A stretch of 64,000 nucleotides of DNA, from contig JACPOZ010000006.1 in the NCBI GenBank assembly GCA_016191235.1, forward strand, positions 122 through 64,121, written 5' to 3'. Position numbers and translations under genes: made by a program. The notes beneath the pieces were generated by a model. It was given only the letters and a program-made list of their open reading frames with translations, did no database searches and had not been told where the DNA came from. The DNA is from Gammaproteobacteria bacterium. Its GTDB lineage: Bacteria > Pseudomonadota > Gammaproteobacteria > Ga0077554 > Ga007554. Shown here piece after piece: positions 62,776-64,000 of the stretch; position 1 is the first letter of the stretch; each line of letters begins with the position of its first letter.

Positions 62776-64000
62776 CTACATGTGAATAAACTCAGACTGC
62801 AACGTCGCAATACTCCGTCCCAGCTCAATCGCATCATGGGGTACCAGCAGGTAATGCCACTTTTTAGTGCCGGTTTTTTCTGCGCTCTCATTGGCAAAAC
62901 CGCACCAGCGCACCGCCGCTTTGGTTTTCTGTTGAACCTCTTCCAGCGGAATTTGATCCGAGCGCTTTGGCTCGATCAGCAAACAGCAGTTTCTGGTTTC
63001 CACCACAAAGTCGGGTTCGTAATTTTTGCCATTGAGGTATTCGATACGGAACTGTCCGGGCGCCGGTTTCATCCAGCGCAGCACATCGTCATCGCTTTCC
63101 AATAATTGCGCCAAGCGCCACTCACCGTCAACGGAACCAAATTTTTGGTAGGGATAACAGCAACGTTGAAAGCCCTTGAACACCATCTGCTTGATTTGTG
63201 ATTTATTAGTGATGGGGGCGCGGAAATCCCGTGGCTGTTCCCCGGCGGCCAGCATGTAGGTGGTGGGGTGGAGAATATCAAAGCCCTGTGTCACCCGACC
63301 GATGTAGTCCGTGGGGGTGGACCAGCTGTTGGCCTTCATCTGCGCCCAGACAAAGTCGCACAACTGCTTTTGCCAGTAGATCAGCACGTTTTCGATTTTG
63401 GCCCGCTCACTGCCCAGATAACTGCCAAGCCGCGCAATCACCTGACCGGCCAGTTTGTAGAGCAGTTCCGCATGTTCATCGTAGTCGATGGCATCTATTG
63501 CCATCAGATTACGCACGATGTAGTTCTCCAGAATCTCCTCTCTGGCTTCGTCCGCGCCCCACTTGATGCGGGTGATGCGATTATCCTCCAGGTGTTGCAG
63601 CAAAATCTCCTGACCGACCGGCTGGAAGTTGATCTTCTCCAGCCCCGCCAGATCAAAATCCTTAAAACCATAATTGACTTCACGGGTAGGCAGCACCGTA
63701 ATCTGGGGGATGTCGATAGTCAGCTCCGCCAGCCGCTCGGTGACGTTGTGAACAATCTCCGATACCTTTTCATCGGTGAGGGCATCTTCCAGCTCCATGC
63801 CGGGCAAAGCATTCTGAGTGGGGATGTTCTCGCGCACCACTCGCTGTACCCGCTCGATCACCTTCTGCCGTACTGTTTCATCCTGAAGCTGTCTGGATGA
63901 GCTAAGACGCGCCGCCTCCTCCTGCACCACCTTCAAGGTGATCTCGGCCACGCGGCTTTGTTCGGCAGTGAACGGTGCACCTTGGTATCTGCCCTGGTCA
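62776..64000 (-). CDS. Type III restriction enzyme Res subunit, C-terminal part (5' end outside the window)
   Basis: Frame open to the window edge; C-terminal nuclease motif YEPDFVVET...LIEPK and WHYLLVPH. Confidence 0.75.
   Translation of the reverse strand, partial: DQGRYQGAPFTAEQSRVAEITLKVVQEEAARLSSSRQLQDETVRQKVIERVQRVVRENIPTQNALPGMELEDALTDEKVSEIVHNVTERLAELTIDIPQITVLPTREVNYGFKDFDLAGLEKINFQPVGQEILLQHLEDNRITRIKWGADEAREEILENYIVRNLMAIDAIDYDEHAELLYKLAGQVIARLGSYLGSERAKIENVLIYWQKQLCDFVWAQMKANSWSTPTDYIGRVTQGFDILHPTTYMLAAGEQPRDFRAPITNKSQIKQMVFKGFQRCCYPYQKFGSVDGEWRLAQLLESDDDVLRWMKPAPGQFRIEYLNGKNYEPDFVVETRNCCLLIEPKRSDQIPLEEVQQKTKAAVRWCGFANESAEKTGTKKWHYLLVPHDAIELGRSIATLQSEFIHM

Overview
Chromosomal window from a GC-rich proteobacterium, most likely a gammaproteobacterium (inferred from the proteins only). 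It spans the replication-origin region (dnaA-dnaN-recF-gyrB with DnaA boxes), an OxyR-rubrerythrin-rubredoxin-reductase peroxide locus, a partial type II secretion cluster (gspH-N), many housekeeping genes (erpA, fbp, kup, recJ, serB, hemW, pbpG, rdgB, rph, ald, moeB), an RND efflux/pirin/azoreductase/nitroreductase block, and the 3' part of a type III restriction subunit at the right edge. The main accessory feature is a ~7.8 kb element integrated in tRNA-Glu that resembles a phage satellite: tyrosine integrase, toxin-antitoxin pair, AlpA, primase-helicase and uncharacterised genes, with no capsid genes. The raw sequence also shows integrase arm repeats, an iteron-like origin, a cos-like sequence and a promoter-to-terminator unit with no real ORF (candidate sRNA). 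The left end of a second, related element follows it in tandem. The window holds several MITE-like elements, three of which share one core but carry two different terminal repeats. Several genes carry lesions (serB nonsense codon, RND in-frame deletion, two frameshifts) that could be real or assembly errors. No CRISPR array was seen. All assignments come from motif recognition; no searches were run.
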